Part shown: one piece after another, positions 29,335 to 40,695 of the stretch | Layout: each line of letters starts with the position of its first letter | Numbering within the stretch: position 1 is the first letter of the stretch | Sequence record: NZ_CP023007.1 | Origin: a plasmid | DNA: 53,170 nt | Direction: 5' to 3' (one strand) | The notes under the pieces: generated by a model | What the model was told of the DNA's origin: nothing | The model's database searches: none | The model's input: the letters and a program-made list of their open reading frames with translations, nothing else | Translations under genes and position numbers: made by a program

Positions 29335-30863
29335 TGAAAACCTATACGGACTATTTCTTTGATGAGCCAGCGTTTGATCTCCACGATGGCGGTTACGTGC
29401 CGCTTGAGGTCAGTGATGCGCCTGAGAAGCCCTTAAATGTGCCGCCGTTGTTGAAACCGGATAAAGAGACGGCGACCGACGTTTATTACACGGTGACAGC
29501 AGAGGCTGGGGAAACGCAACTGTTACCTGGGGCGAAGACCAAGACGTGGGGCTATAATACCAGTCTGTTAGGTCAGACGATTGTGTATCGCCGTGGTCAG
29601 CATACGCATGTGACACTAAAAAACACCCTGCCTGAGTTGACCACTTTTCATTGGCATGGGGCTAATGTTAGTGGCCCTTATGTTGATGGCGGATGCCATG
29701 CGCCGGTTTATCCGGGTGAAAGTAAGCATATCGACTTCACATTGGAACAACCGGCGACGACTTTGTGGCTGCACGCGCATCCGTGCCCATCCACAGCCGA
29801 GCAGGTTTGGCATGGTTTGGCTGCCATGGTGATTGTCAAAGACGACCATGAAGCCAGCCTGCCATTGCCAAGGAACTATGGCGTTGACGATATTCCGGTC
29901 ATTTTGCAAGACCGGCGTTTTCATGAGAACAACCAGTGGGACTACCGGGCTGATTATGATCCTGACGGTGTTGCTGGGCCAACTGCAATGATTAACGGTA
30001 CAATCAATCCCTATTTTGATGTCACCACGCAAAAGGTCCGGTTGCGTTTTCTGGATGGTGCTAATCGCCGTGAATGGCGGTTGCATTTTTCCGATGACCT
30101 GCCATTTACGCAAATTGGCGGGGACGGCTCACTGTTACCGGAGCCGGTCAAATTTACCCATTTGATGCTGACTTGTGCTGAGCGTGCCGAAGTGATTGTT
30201 GATTTTGGCCAATACCATGAAGGCGACGAGGTCACCTTATATACGGATGATGTGCCATTGCTAAAGTTCCGCATTCATGCGTTCAAACCGGATCAGACTA
30301 CCTTGCCTGATAAGTTGTTCGATGTGAAGGCACCAGTGGTTGACCCGGCTTTGCCAGTTCGCCACGTTGTGATGCAGGGGATGGACGAAGGTGTTGCGAT
30401 TGATGGTAAAAAGTTTGCCATGCAGCGGATTGATGCCACGCAACCAATTGGCAAAGCCCAGTACTGGGATGTTACCAATAGCAATGATGCGCCTGGAATG
30501 GTTCATCCATTCCATGTGCATGGAACCCAATTCTTAGTCTTGTCGCGGAATGGGCATGCGCCGTATCCAAATGAACATGGTTTCAAAGATACAATTGGCG
30601 TGAATCCTGGTGAAACGGTTCGGCTGCTGGTTCGCTTTGATTTGCCAGGGGTTTATATGTATCACTGCCATATCATTGAGCACGAAGATGGCGGCATGAT
30701 GGCACAGATTGAAACATTCGATCCAGCCAAGCCAAAGCAAGAATATAAATTGATGGATATGGATACGTTAATGATGGCCTTGGCTAAAGAACGTGGCGTC
30801 AAACCATCTGAGATTTGGATGGGCGGTATGCAGTCTTATGAAAAAATGGGAATGAAAATGTAA
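29335..30863 (+). CDS. multicopper oxidase (laccase/CueO-like) with a Met-rich C-terminus
   Basis: Cu-site motifs HWHG, HAHP, HPFHVHG and HCHIIEHEDGGMM. RBS GAGGGGG upstream. Confidence 0.9.
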
Positions 30864-30902
30864 ACGTCCCACAATACTAATATAGAAAAAGATGATTTTA
30901 AT

Positions 30903-32276
30903 ATGCACTCTCCAACGATCAAACATCGCAGGGCTTTTGTCGCCACGTTACTGACAGGTACCTTTTCGATGTCAATTTCTCAGTCTTCTTTAAGCACCGC
31001 TTATCCTGCTTTTATGAAAGCTTTTGGTTTAGGAGCGGATACAGTTGCTTGGCTGACAACCGGCTTTATGTTGGTGATGACCTTGATGATTCCGGTTAGC
31101 CCATGGCTGTTGCATAATGTTACTTTCCAACGGCTTTTCCAAGCGATTGAACTCATTTTTGCCATTGGGACAGGCTTATGTATCTGGGCACCGAGTTTTA
31201 CCGTGCTCATGATTGGCCGGTTGCTTGAAGCGATTGCGGTCGGGATTATTTTCCCGAGTTTCCAGACCGTGTTGCTGACGATTACGCCGCATAGTGAGCG
31301 TGGTCGGGTGATGGGCACGGCGGGATTGGTCATGGGCTCAGCCTTGGCAGTCGGTCCGATTATTTCCGGTGTTTTGCTGACATGGTTCCCTTGGCAGGCT
31401 TTATTCTTGTTCTTCTTGGTCGTTTCGCTGCTTGTGCTGGCCGTTTCAACGGTGACCATTGCGTCTGTCATGCCATTGCAACCGACGCAACTGGACTGGG
31501 TGTCCTTCCTTTTATCCGCAAGTTTTCCAATTCTACTTTATGCCTTGGGTGCTTTGTCGAAAAAAGGCTTAACTGTTGGCGTGGTTGGTTTGTTGATTTT
31601 AGGCGTTCTGGCAGCTGGTATTTTCGTTGTTCGGCAATTGAATCGCCAACCACCAATGTTGCAAATGCGAGTTTTTGCCACTGGTATGTTTACTAAAGCG
31701 GTGTTTCTGACCGGAATTTCATACGTCGGTTTGATTGTCACCACTATCCTGATGCCGCTTTACTTTCAAACGCTACTTGGTTTGTCACCGTTGATTTCTG
31801 GCTTGTCCTTAGTGCCAGCTGCGGTGTTGCTGAGTATTTTGAATCCAATTAGCGGGCGCCTACTGGATCGCTTTGGACCGCGTGTCGTGGCCATGATTGG
31901 CATGTTGTTGATTACTGGCGGCTTTGGTCTGTTAGCAGTCTTTGCCCATCATTTACCGCTGATTGGGGCAGTTATGTTGGCGATGGCGACTGAAGCCGGC
32001 AATGCCTTTGTGATGATGCCTTCAGTGACGGCTGGCGCGAATGCTTTGCCGAATGAGCTCGTGGCAGACGGCACTGCGGTTACAACGACGGCTCGTCAGT
32101 TATTCGGTTCTGCCGGTGTCATGTTCGCCACAGTGTTTTTGGATGGCATGCAAACCACGCTGCGAAGTCATGCTGGCGGTTTTGCTGTTACCTTCGCTGT
32201 GTTTGCTGGCGTGGGCCTGATTGGCTTGCTGTTGGCGTTGACGTTACCAAAGGAAGTCGCGAAGAAAGCGGTATAG
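30903..32276 (+). CDS. MFS transporter
   Basis: 12-14 TM hydrophobic profile. Confidence 0.8.
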   Translation: MHSPTIKHRRAFVATLLTGTFSMSISQSSLSTAYPAFMKAFGLGADTVAWLTTGFMLVMTLMIPVSPWLLHNVTFQRLFQAIELIFAIGTGLCIWAPSFTVLMIGRLLEAIAVGIIFPSFQTVLLTITPHSERGRVMGTAGLVMGSALAVGPIISGVLLTWFPWQALFLFFLVVSLLVLAVSTVTIASVMPLQPTQLDWVSFLLSASFPILLYALGALSKKGLTVGVVGLLILGVLAAGIFVVRQLNRQPPMLQMRVFATGMFTKAVFLTGISYVGLIVTTILMPLYFQTLLGLSPLISGLSLVPAAVLLSILNPISGRLLDRFGPRVVAMIGMLLITGGFGLLAVFAHHLPLIGAVMLAMATEAGNAFVMMPSVTAGANALPNELVADGTAVTTTARQLFGSAGVMFATVFLDGMQTTLRSHAGGFAVTFAVFAGVGLIGLLLALTLPKEVAKKAV

Positions 32277-32300
32277 CTGCGAATTCGTGCTTTGCATCTA

Positions 32301-32341
32301 CAAAAATGACCGCCTACCAAAAAGTAGACGGTCATTTTTGT
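32301..32341. terminator. bidirectional rho-independent terminator (AAATGACCG..CGGTCATTT flanked by A- and T-runs)
   Basis: Seen directly. Confidence 0.6.
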
Positions 32342-32429
32342 TGCAACTAAGCATGCTTGACTGGGTGCTTAGCCGCAAATGATCAGGAGAGAAGCATCGC
32401 GACTAGGAAAGGAGGGCAACACGGTTGCT

Positions 32430-32795
32430 TTAATCAACAAAGACCAGTTCGATAGTTTCATCTTCCGGTTTGATGTTGACAGATAAATGACGATTAAGGT
32501 CGGCCACCAGTTTGCGTGCGAAGGCCATCTTCTCGTCGAATTCGGTCATGTGCGAAGTAAACGGGACGCTTTGGTAATTAAAGTTTTCGCCGATATAGCC
32601 CGGATCAGTCACGTAGCGCAAGTTGTTTTCGTCGTGGCGACTGCCCGGTTTCAGGACGGTATCCAAATACTGATAGAGAATCGTTGGATCGTAGTTCAGC
32701 GGCTTATCAAGGGTCGTGGAAAGCTTGTAGCCGGTTGCTTGACCAGCGAATTGTTCGTTGATTTAGACTTGGGTAAGGCTTTGATACAATTTCAA
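32430..32795 (-). pseudogene. hypothetical protein (~120 aa) with an in-frame TAA after codon 10
   Basis: The frame is continuous from the TTG/RBS at ~32795 through TAA (32763-32765) into ORF 32430..32666. Confidence 0.3.
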
Positions 32796-32837
32796 AACGA
32801 TCACTCCTCTTCTTTTCACTTTTAGTATAGCAGTTAT

Positions 32838-32911
32838 GGTAGATTGTAAAATTAATCCGAACGCTGATCTTTTTTGTCCGAACAGCGTTCGGATTAATTT
32901 TACAATCTACC
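32838..32911. repeat. perfect 29-bp inverted repeat (GGTAGATTGTAAAATTAATCCGAACGCTG) with a 16-nt spacer
   Basis: Exact reverse complement; verified base by base. Confidence 0.9.
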
Positions 32912-32926
32912 TTTTACCAAGCAATT

Positions 32927-33648
32927 GATGAAATGCTAGCTAACGCTAGTCCTAGTGATAAATTGTCTAAACGCTTGCAAGCAATCTTTGCCCAAGCATC
33001 TATTTCTCGGCGTGATATGTTGGGTGCAATGATTGGCGCGGTATGAATATTGCTACAGCAAAAAGTGAATCATTTGCAGTTAATGAATTCAAACAGCAGT
33101 ATATCGATGGCTATAATAATTTAAGCCCTAATAAACTATCAACAGTTCCAGATAAAGTAGCCAACCAAGCTGAGTATTCTCAACGAATTTGGGTGCATGG
33201 CGACGTCATGACGACACGAATGAAAGAAACCCTGAACAAGGGTTTGAGTCGCCGCATGAAAAAATCAGACATCAATAAAATGACCCGCAGTATTCCTCAA
33301 AGCGGTGATCGAATTGATGACAATTTAGCAACGCCTATGAACCAAATGCTATCCAGAATTCATACGTTAACAACTAATGAAGCTATACGCAATAGCAACG
33401 GTGGTAAGAATAGAACGTATGATGAACAGAATGTTCAGTATGTGATGTGGTTAACCGAGGAAGATGATCGTGTTTGTGATATTTGTGAACCACTTGATAG
33501 ACAAACATTTGCCTATGGACAAGCACCGATTCCAGTCACGGATACTCATCCAAGGTGTCGTTGCCAGCTGGTAGCCTGTGATGAAGATGGGAATCTGCTG
33601 TCTGGTGAACTTGATAGGGTATTTAAGGAACAAAAAAAGCCCACTTAG
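32927..33648 (+). pseudogene. phage head-morphogenesis protein (SPP1 gp7 / Mu F family), C-terminal part, frameshifted near 33040
   Basis: VCDICEPLD..HPRCRCQ signature. Confidence 0.65.
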
Positions 33649-33665
33649 TTTAAAACTAAGTGGGT
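33632..33665 (-). terminator. terminator hairpin for the minus-strand glsB-like gene
   Basis: GCCCACTTAGTT-TAAA-AACTAAGTGGG with the T-run on the minus strand. Confidence 0.5.
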
Positions 33666-33766
33666 CAGGAATATTATTAATTGGCTTCGCTCACAACAAA
33701 GTCGAGGGGTGCTAACTAAGTTAGCATCTATAATTTAGTATAAGAACCTTAAATGAAGCTTAAAAA

Positions 33767-34015
33767 CTAATTCTTTGATTTACCGACAAAGAAAGAAACT
33801 ACAGCAACAACAATTACTGCTCCAATAATTGAAGGAATAATTGCCATTCCGGCTAATTGAGGGCCCCAAGATCCGAGTATAGCTTCTCCAATAGAGGAAC
33901 CAACTAATCCGGCAACAATATTAGCAATCCACCCCATTGATTTTCCTTTGCTAGTAATTGCTCCAGCAATAGCACCAATGATGGCACCAATAATTAAAAC
34001 CCATAACCAATGCAT
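33767..34015 (-). CDS. GlsB/YeaQ/YmgE-family stress membrane protein
   Basis: GAIIGAIAGAI...GWIANIVAGLVGS is the typical transglycosylase-associated family sequence. Confidence 0.8.
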   Translation of the reverse strand: MHWLWVLIIGAIIGAIAGAITSKGKSMGWIANIVAGLVGSSIGEAILGSWGPQLAGMAIIPSIIGAVIVVAVVSFFVGKSKN

Positions 34016-34229
34016 AAAACATCATCCTCTCTTATTTTTCGAAGGATGTTTTTTAGATTTGTTATAGTTTTGAATTTCTTTAAAAATGGCTAATAAAAGT
34101 TGAGATATAGAAATGATAATTGATAATTTTGACCAAAGTCCAAATCTTTTCATATGAAATCCTCCATTATCTAAATTGCATTCTTCTAAATCTAATTATA
34201 GGCAATTGAATATTTGCATACAAGTTATT

Positions 34230-35038
34230 GGTTCTGTTGCAAAGTTCCCCATAACACCTGATTTATTGTAAAATGTAATAAAAAAGAATGCGAGGACAAC
34301 AGATGAATCATTTTAAGGGCAAACAATTCCAAAAAGACGTGATTATTATCTCTGTTGGGTATTATCTTCGCTATAATTTGAGTTATCGTGATGTTCAAGA
34401 GATGTTATATGATCGTGGCATTAACGTTTCTCACACAACAATTTACCGTTGGGTTCAAGAATATGGTAAGCTGATCTATCAAATCTGGAAAAAGAAAAAT
34501 AGACAGTCCTTTTATTCGTGGAAAATGGACGAAGCTTATATTAAAATTAAAGGGAAGTGGCATTATCTCTATCGTGCAATCGACTCAGAAGGCATGACAC
34601 TGGATATTTGGCTAAGACGAAAGAGAAATACTCAGTCTGCTTATGCTTTCTTTAAACGACTATACAAGCAGTTTGGGGAACCGAAAGTTATCGTGACAGA
34701 TAAAGCACCATCAATTGCTAGTGCTTTTAGGAAGTTACAAAAGCAGGGGCTATACAGCGAAACTGAGCACCGGACAGTCAAGTATCTCAATAACTTAATT
34801 GAGCAAGATCATAGACCTGTTAAACGTCGAAATAAACTTTATCAAAGTCTTCGTACTGCATCAACTACGATTAAGGGCATAGAAGCATTGAGAGGCATAT
34901 ACAAAAAGAACCGAAGAAATGGAACGCTCTTCGGCTTTTCGGTATCTACTGAAATTAAAGTTTTGATGGGTATACCAGCATAGTCAAAGTATCAGAATGG
35001 GACTTTTGTACTCAGTATTGAAACTTTGCAACAGAACC
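34230..35038 (+). mobile_element. intact IS6-family element (IS1216/IS257-like), 809 bp; transposase 34303..34983
   Basis: 17-bp IRs GGTTCTGTTGCAAAGTT at both ends; transposase N-terminus MNHFKGKQFQKDVIIISVGYYLRY. No flanking 8-bp TSD. Confidence 0.9.
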
Positions 35039-35113
35039 CATTATAGCCCATACATTTTCTATTCTTTTTATTACCAATAATTTTGATATTCAATTTTTGA
35101 TAATCAATAATTA

Positions 35114-36139
35114 TTAGTTCTTATTGTGCATATTATTTTTAATTAAATCACGTAATTGACGAAAATCATTTTTTACGTCGTAATCGTGCCGCTTTTGCGA
35201 AATTAGCTGTTGTAACAGTTCTTCTATACGCTCTACGTCAGTTTCGTCCGTGTAATTGATCCAGTCGACGTGCTCTAACCAATCAATATAGGCATGCTTT
35301 CCTTTTCCATAACTATTTCCAAATAACAAGCAAGGTGTTCCTGTTAAAACGGAAAATACCATTGCATGCCAGCGATCTGTAATAATTATTTCCTGGTGCG
35401 AGAAGAGTTCTAGTTCTGAATCAAATAATGCCTCCCGAGTAACAGGTGTTATCTTTTGTGGTTCATCTAGAACGGTATCAACTCTTTTTACAGGGCGTTC
35501 ATTTCCTAAAATATCTTTTATATTGTCAATCGTACTTTTTTTAACAACTTTTTCTGAATCATGCCGTAAAACGAATAAAGCCCCATTTCGATTGAACTTC
35601 CAGTTGACAGAATTCATATATAAAACCATGTCAGGTGTGAAAATGACTGGGTTATCAAACGTTGATTGCATACGATGAAAACTTTGAGCATCACGTGCCA
35701 CTAACACGAGATTAGGATTTTTACGGTAAGCCTCTTGACTCTTTTGTTTTTCAATCTCACCATCTTCATTGTCTTCAAAATGTATTGATTGAGGAAATGA
35801 AATTGTCAGATTGTTCACAAAAGTTGAAAAAACCTTACGCCGTGCCTCCTCATGATTATGGTACAAATTGCCCATATTTCCTCCGCCAGTAAACGCAATA
35901 ATATCAGAGGACTGTAAATGCTCTTGGACAATGGGAATAGCATAGTCATCGTCTTCTTCAATAATTTCAATATATTGATATTCGGGGAATTCGTTTTCAA
36001 TATATTTTCGTTCTGCTAACGAAACTGCTTGATCCCCCATGTTCGTGTAGCTTGGAACACCAAACATGTAAAATTTTGGTCGATCATTATTAGGAAGTTT
36101 GTGCACGACCTCTGTTGTGTTAACATAAAAGTTTGCCAT
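35114..36139 (-). CDS. polysaccharide pyruvyl transferase family protein
   Basis: 341 aa with the family's typical length and glycine-rich motif. Confidence 0.65.
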   Translation of the reverse strand: MANFYVNTTEVVHKLPNNDRPKFYMFGVPSYTNMGDQAVSLAERKYIENEFPEYQYIEIIEEDDDYAIPIVQEHLQSSDIIAFTGGGNMGNLYHNHEEARRKVFSTFVNNLTISFPQSIHFEDNEDGEIEKQKSQEAYRKNPNLVLVARDAQSFHRMQSTFDNPVIFTPDMVLYMNSVNWKFNRNGALFVLRHDSEKVVKKSTIDNIKDILGNERPVKRVDTVLDEPQKITPVTREALFDSELELFSHQEIIITDRWHAMVFSVLTGTPCLLFGNSYGKGKHAYIDWLEHVDWINYTDETDVERIEELLQQLISQKRHDYDVKNDFRQLRDLIKNNMHNKN

Positions 36140-36162
36140 GTGAATTAATACCCCTTTTATTT

Positions 36163-37527
36163 TTATACTTCAGCATTTTCATATGCTTTTTTCATTTTAC
36201 GACCATTCACAAATATAATGGATAACAAGATACTAAAACCGTTGGTTAGTGCAAAGACGAAGAAAACAATAGCTGTTCCTAACAATGCAATAAGCTGCGG
36301 ATAAATTAGACTAATAATAAAATTAGTAACCCACGTTGTCGCTGTTGCGACTGACATAAATTGTGCTTTAACTTTTCCCGGAAACATTTCTGCTAATAAT
36401 AACCATGTGACTGGGCTAACAATACCTTGATGATTGGCCAAGAATAAAGTCAAAGCGATCAGTACCAATACATTTGTTATGGTCTGCGAAAACATCGTTG
36501 TTTTCATAATCAAACCTAATAGTGCTAAGAAAACGACATTGCCAATCAAACCAATAACTAGCATTTTATGATGATTAACTTTTTCAATCGTACGCGTACC
36601 AAAGATACTAGCAATAACTGACACCACACCTATTAAAACATTTGCGTAGAGTGAACCTCCGGCCCCCATTCCCACATTTTCAAGTAAAATCGTGCCATAA
36701 TACATGACGGTATTAACACCAGAAATTTGTTGAATCAACGCAATAACTATTCCGGTAGTTAATAAATAAAGTAATTTTTTATTTTTCAAAGCAACCGACC
36801 AGCTAAACTCTTGATCATCAGATTCATCAATTGTTTCAGTTCCACTTATTACGAGCTGTTTAGTATTGCTGAACCCTAACCGACGAAATAATTGTCTAGC
36901 TTTATTAACTCGTCTTTTGAACAAAAGCCACTGCGGACTTCCACTGATTCGAAATGAATAAATCCATAAAATCACCGATGGAATTGCCGCAGATAAGACC
37001 ATAATACGCCATATAGGACTCCAGTCACCCCAGATGTTTCCTAAAATAGCATTGACAACAAAGGCACTGAGTTGACCAAGAACAATAAAAATAGCATTCT
37101 TATTAACATTCGCACTGCGTAAATTATCTGGCGATATTTCAGCTAAATACATTGGTGAAAGACTCGATGCCGCTCCTACGGCAATCCCTAAAATAAATCT
37201 AAAAATAGCCATGAACCAGAAATTAATAGCTAATGCACAAAGAAAGGTTGATATGGTAAAAATAATTGCAATCAAGCGTAGCGTTTTTTTCCTCCCTACT
37301 TGATCGGCTATCTTCCCACATCCTAATGCTCCAATACAAGCACCAATTACAAGGGAACTCGATACTACGCCTTGTAAGGAAGGGTTAAGATTAAGTTGAT
37401 CTGGACGGCTCATAAAAGCTAGCGCTCCATTTACTACTCCTGTGTCGTAACCAAATAAAAAGCCTCCCAAAGATATTACATAAACACAATAATTCAAAAA
37501 TTTTAAATTAGGTTTTTTACTCGTCAT
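36163..37527 (-). CDS. MFS sugar-porter family transporter
   Basis: 12 TM helices; sugar-porter signature G-R-[KR] loop motifs. Confidence 0.8.
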   Translation of the reverse strand: MTSKKPNLKFLNYCVYVISLGGFLFGYDTGVVNGALAFMSRPDQLNLNPSLQGVVSSSLVIGACIGALGCGKIADQVGRKKTLRLIAIIFTISTFLCALAINFWFMAIFRFILGIAVGAASSLSPMYLAEISPDNLRSANVNKNAIFIVLGQLSAFVVNAILGNIWGDWSPIWRIMVLSAAIPSVILWIYSFRISGSPQWLLFKRRVNKARQLFRRLGFSNTKQLVISGTETIDESDDQEFSWSVALKNKKLLYLLTTGIVIALIQQISGVNTVMYYGTILLENVGMGAGGSLYANVLIGVVSVIASIFGTRTIEKVNHHKMLVIGLIGNVVFLALLGLIMKTTMFSQTITNVLVLIALTLFLANHQGIVSPVTWLLLAEMFPGKVKAQFMSVATATTWVTNFIISLIYPQLIALLGTAIVFFVFALTNGFSILLSIIFVNGRKMKKAYENAEV

Positions 37528-37817
37528 TTTTCTTTTTTCTTTCTTTAATTTTCTATACTGTTTTTCATCAAATTCCTAAAAAGTTTCTAATTTCAAAAAA
37601 ATATTCGCTTAAAAAAAAAGCCCAAACACTGTAAAAGCAATTTAGGGCTCGCGTAGTAATCTAAAATCCCATGATTCTAGTCTGCCTTCTTATAATCTGC
37701 AGTCTGATCATTATGATCAAAAATATTTTCTTTATCATTAGATTTAGGATCATCTTTTTTATTTTGCTTTTTTACTTCATTATTTTCTTCTGCTATGATC
37801 AAAATTCCCCTTTTATT

Positions 37818-38066
37818 TCAATGTTTGATTCGAGTTGTGATCCAAGAAACAATAATTACTAGAATAACTGCTCCTATGATAGAAGGCACTAATGCCATGC
37901 CAGCAAGACTAGGCCCCCAGTTACCTAACAAACTTTCGCCTAACTATGAGCCAATTAATCCAGCAAGTATATTGCTAATCCAACCCATAGCAGCACCTCG
38001 ACTAGTAAGCGCTCCGGCTACTGCTCCAATTATTGCACCGACTATTAAGGTCCAAATAATCCCCAT
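37818..38066 (-). pseudogene. second GlsB/YeaQ-family paralog with an in-frame TAG (37944-37946)
   Basis: MGIIWTLIVGAIIGAVAGALTS..GWISNILAGLIGS*LGESLLGNWGP, against the intact paralog at 33767..34015. Confidence 0.6.
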
Positions 38067-38171
38067 TTTCTATTCTCCCTTTGCTTCTAAAATATTATAA
38101 TTATATCACTTACTAAATAATATAGTTTAATAATGCTTACACAAATTAATACAGGATATTTTCAAGTTTTT

Positions 38172-38893
38172 AATGCTCTTATACTAAAAAAATGGACTAT
38201 TTTTATTCAGTCCGTAAAATGAAAGTATAGGAGTAATTTTATGTCAATTCGTTATTCACAAGATTTTAAAGATTCACTGGTTAAGCTTCACCAAGAAGGA
38301 CGTTAACTTAAATCATTGGCAGAGGTATTTGGGCCTTCAAAAGATTCTATTGCTCTTTGGGTCAAGCAATTAGAAAAGCGTCTCGCTATTTTGGAGGAAG
38401 AAAACGAAATTTTAAAGCGAGCGGCCATCTTACTAGCCAAAAAAAAGTCCGTAATGTGGGATTGCCGCTTGTTAACCAATTTTTAGCACCAGGCTACTCG
38501 CTTGTGCGTATTTTAAGTGCACTTAAAATCAAACCTAGTACCTATTACAACTGGCTCCATTGGTAGCCCAGTCGACAAGCAAAGCGTAGAGAATCTCTAA
38601 AACCTTATATTTTAGACGTTTGGAGAACCTTTAAATTTTATGGTTATCGTCGTATTGCTGCTTATAGTCAACAAACCGACGGGCCGAAAGTATCTGAGTA
38701 TATGACACTCAAATTGATGCGTGAATTAGGGAATAAATCCCGCATGCAAAAACGTTATCGCAAGCCCAAAACTGTGGTGACTGTTGATCAAAAGCCCAAT
38801 CTATTGACTCCTGAGCAGGTTAATCCGCCAAAATTTTATTATACACTTACATTTACCGATTATTTTAATGTGGGCATGCTGCTGGCATCTTAA
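38172..38893 (+). mobile_element. IS3-family 5' fragment: orfA carries a premature TAA and an internal deletion; orfB is truncated after ~110 codons
   Basis: Same IRL and orfA as 12257-12672. The orfB start reads RRESLKPYILDVWRTFKFYGYRRIAAY. Confidence 0.7.
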
Positions 38894-38908
38894 ACAGCAG
38901 ATAAAAAT

Positions 38909-39196
38909 CTATAAATCATTATTAAAAGTTTTCACTAAAGTAACCTGCTTTAGTCTATTTTCTCCCCAGTCATTTAAAGCAACTATGATGGGAATTAAAG
39001 TTTCTCCTATATCCGTTAGTTGATATTCAGTGTGTTTTACTTTACCAGTTAAGTATTCTCGTTTATAAACAATTTGGTCCGCCATTAACTCATTCAGTTG
39101 GTTTGATAAAACTTTTTTACTGATGCCCTTCAGATTTTTCATAAAATATGAAAAGCCATGTGGCCCATCATTTATTAAGATCCATGATGCAACCAA
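38909..39196 (-). pseudogene. HxlR-family (winged-helix) transcriptional regulator, 5'-truncated
   Basis: [31 protein letters not shown] is the HxlR core. The N-terminal ~20 aa are replaced by unrelated sequence. Confidence 0.55.
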
Positions 39197-39199
39197 TGG

Positions 39200-40454
39200 T
39201 TACAGTTGCGGATGAAATGCTACGTAAGGGGACTGGGGCTGGTTCAACCTACACTGACTGGCTTCACTTGCCAATTGAATACGACAAGGATGAGTTTGCT
39301 CGTATTCAAGCAGCAGCAAAGAAGATCCAATCAGACTCAAAGGTTTTGGTTGTTATTGGAATCGGGGGCTCATATTTGGGCGCTCGTGCGGCAATTGACT
39401 TCTTGAACGAATATTTCAACAACTACTTGCTAGACGAGCAACGCAACGTGACTTCCCACAAGTTTTGTTTGCTGGAAACTCAATTGCACCAGCTTGCTTG
39501 AACAGCTTGATCAAGGTAATTGGCGACCGTGACTTCTCAGTTAACGTGATTTCCAAGTCAGGAACGACGACTGAGCCAGCGATTGCATTCCGTGTGTTCA
39601 AGCAAATGTTGGAAGAGAAATATGGTGTTGCAGGCGCTCGTAAGCGCATCTATGCAACGACTGATGCAAAACGTGGTGCTTTGAAGACATTGGCTGATAC
39701 AGAAGGTTACGAAGAGTTCGTTGTGCCTGATGGTACTGGTGGACGATTCTCAGTTTTGACGGCTGTTGGTTTGTTGCCAATTGCAACTGCTGGTGGTGAC
39801 ATCGAGCAATTGATGGCTGGAGCAGCTGCTGGTGAAGCGGAATACGCTGATGCCGATTTGGCAAATAATCCGGCTTACCATAACATCTTGTACCGGAAGG
39901 GTTATACAACAGAATTGTTGATTAACTATGATCCAACGTTGGTTCAATTCGGTGAGTGGTGGAAGCAATTGCAAGGTGAGTCAGAAGGTAAGGACGGCAA
40001 GGGTATCTTCCCAGCGACTGGAAACTTATCAACGGACTTGCACAGTTTCGGACAATACATCCAAAACGGACGTCGCAACTTGTTTGAGACGTTGTTCCGC
40101 GTAACTGAGCCAGTGACGGACGTTGTGATTCCAGAAATGGATTCTGACGACGGTTTGGGTTACTTGCAAGGTGAGAAGATGAGCTACGTTAACCGTACTA
40201 CTTCAGAAGGAACCTTGTTGGCCCCCGTTGACGGTGGTGTACCTAACATGATTATTGAGGTGGACAAGCAAAATGAATTTGCTTTGGGACAAGCCATCTA
40301 CTTCTTTGAAGTAGCTGTTGCCATTTCTGGTTACTTGAATGGAATTAATCCATTTGACCAACCAGGCGTGGAGGCATATAAGCGCAATATGTTTGGATTG
40401 TTGGGGAAGCCAGGATACGAAGATATTACTTATCAGTTACAACAACGCTTATGA
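39200..40454 (+). pseudogene. pgi: glucose-6-phosphate isomerase: the first ~25 codons are missing and a 5-bp tandem duplication (CAACG CAACG, 39439-39448) shifts the frame
   Basis: [19 protein letters not shown] and SKSGTTTEP motifs. Removing one CAACG restores ..[15 protein letters not shown]. Confidence 0.85.
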
Positions 40455-40463
40455 ATAAAATAA

Positions 40464-40508
40464 AAGGCTAGTCACTAACCAAAAATTGGTCAGTAACTAG
40501 CCTTTTAT
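40464..40508. terminator. bidirectional terminator between pgi and pfpI (GGCTAGT..ACTAGCC with flanking A- and T-runs)
   Basis: Seen directly. Confidence 0.5.
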
Positions 40509-40695
40509 TAATTAGTATGTTTTAGAAATATAAGTTCAGTTTAATTGCGCAACGGGGGTTTAAAAACGTCTATATAAAAATCCCCCGTGTTACTAACACG
40601 AGGAATAAGTTACTTTAACGGTAACTGTTTAAAAATTTATTTTAAAAGAGGCAAACTCATCAAGCTATAGGTTTGAATGCTTATCAATATCAACA

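Noticed and set aside
37671-38100. Plus-strand ORFs 37671..37862 and 37795..38100
   Set aside because: They are low-complexity, AT-rich translations antisense to the minus-strand glsB paralog and its upstream small ORF.
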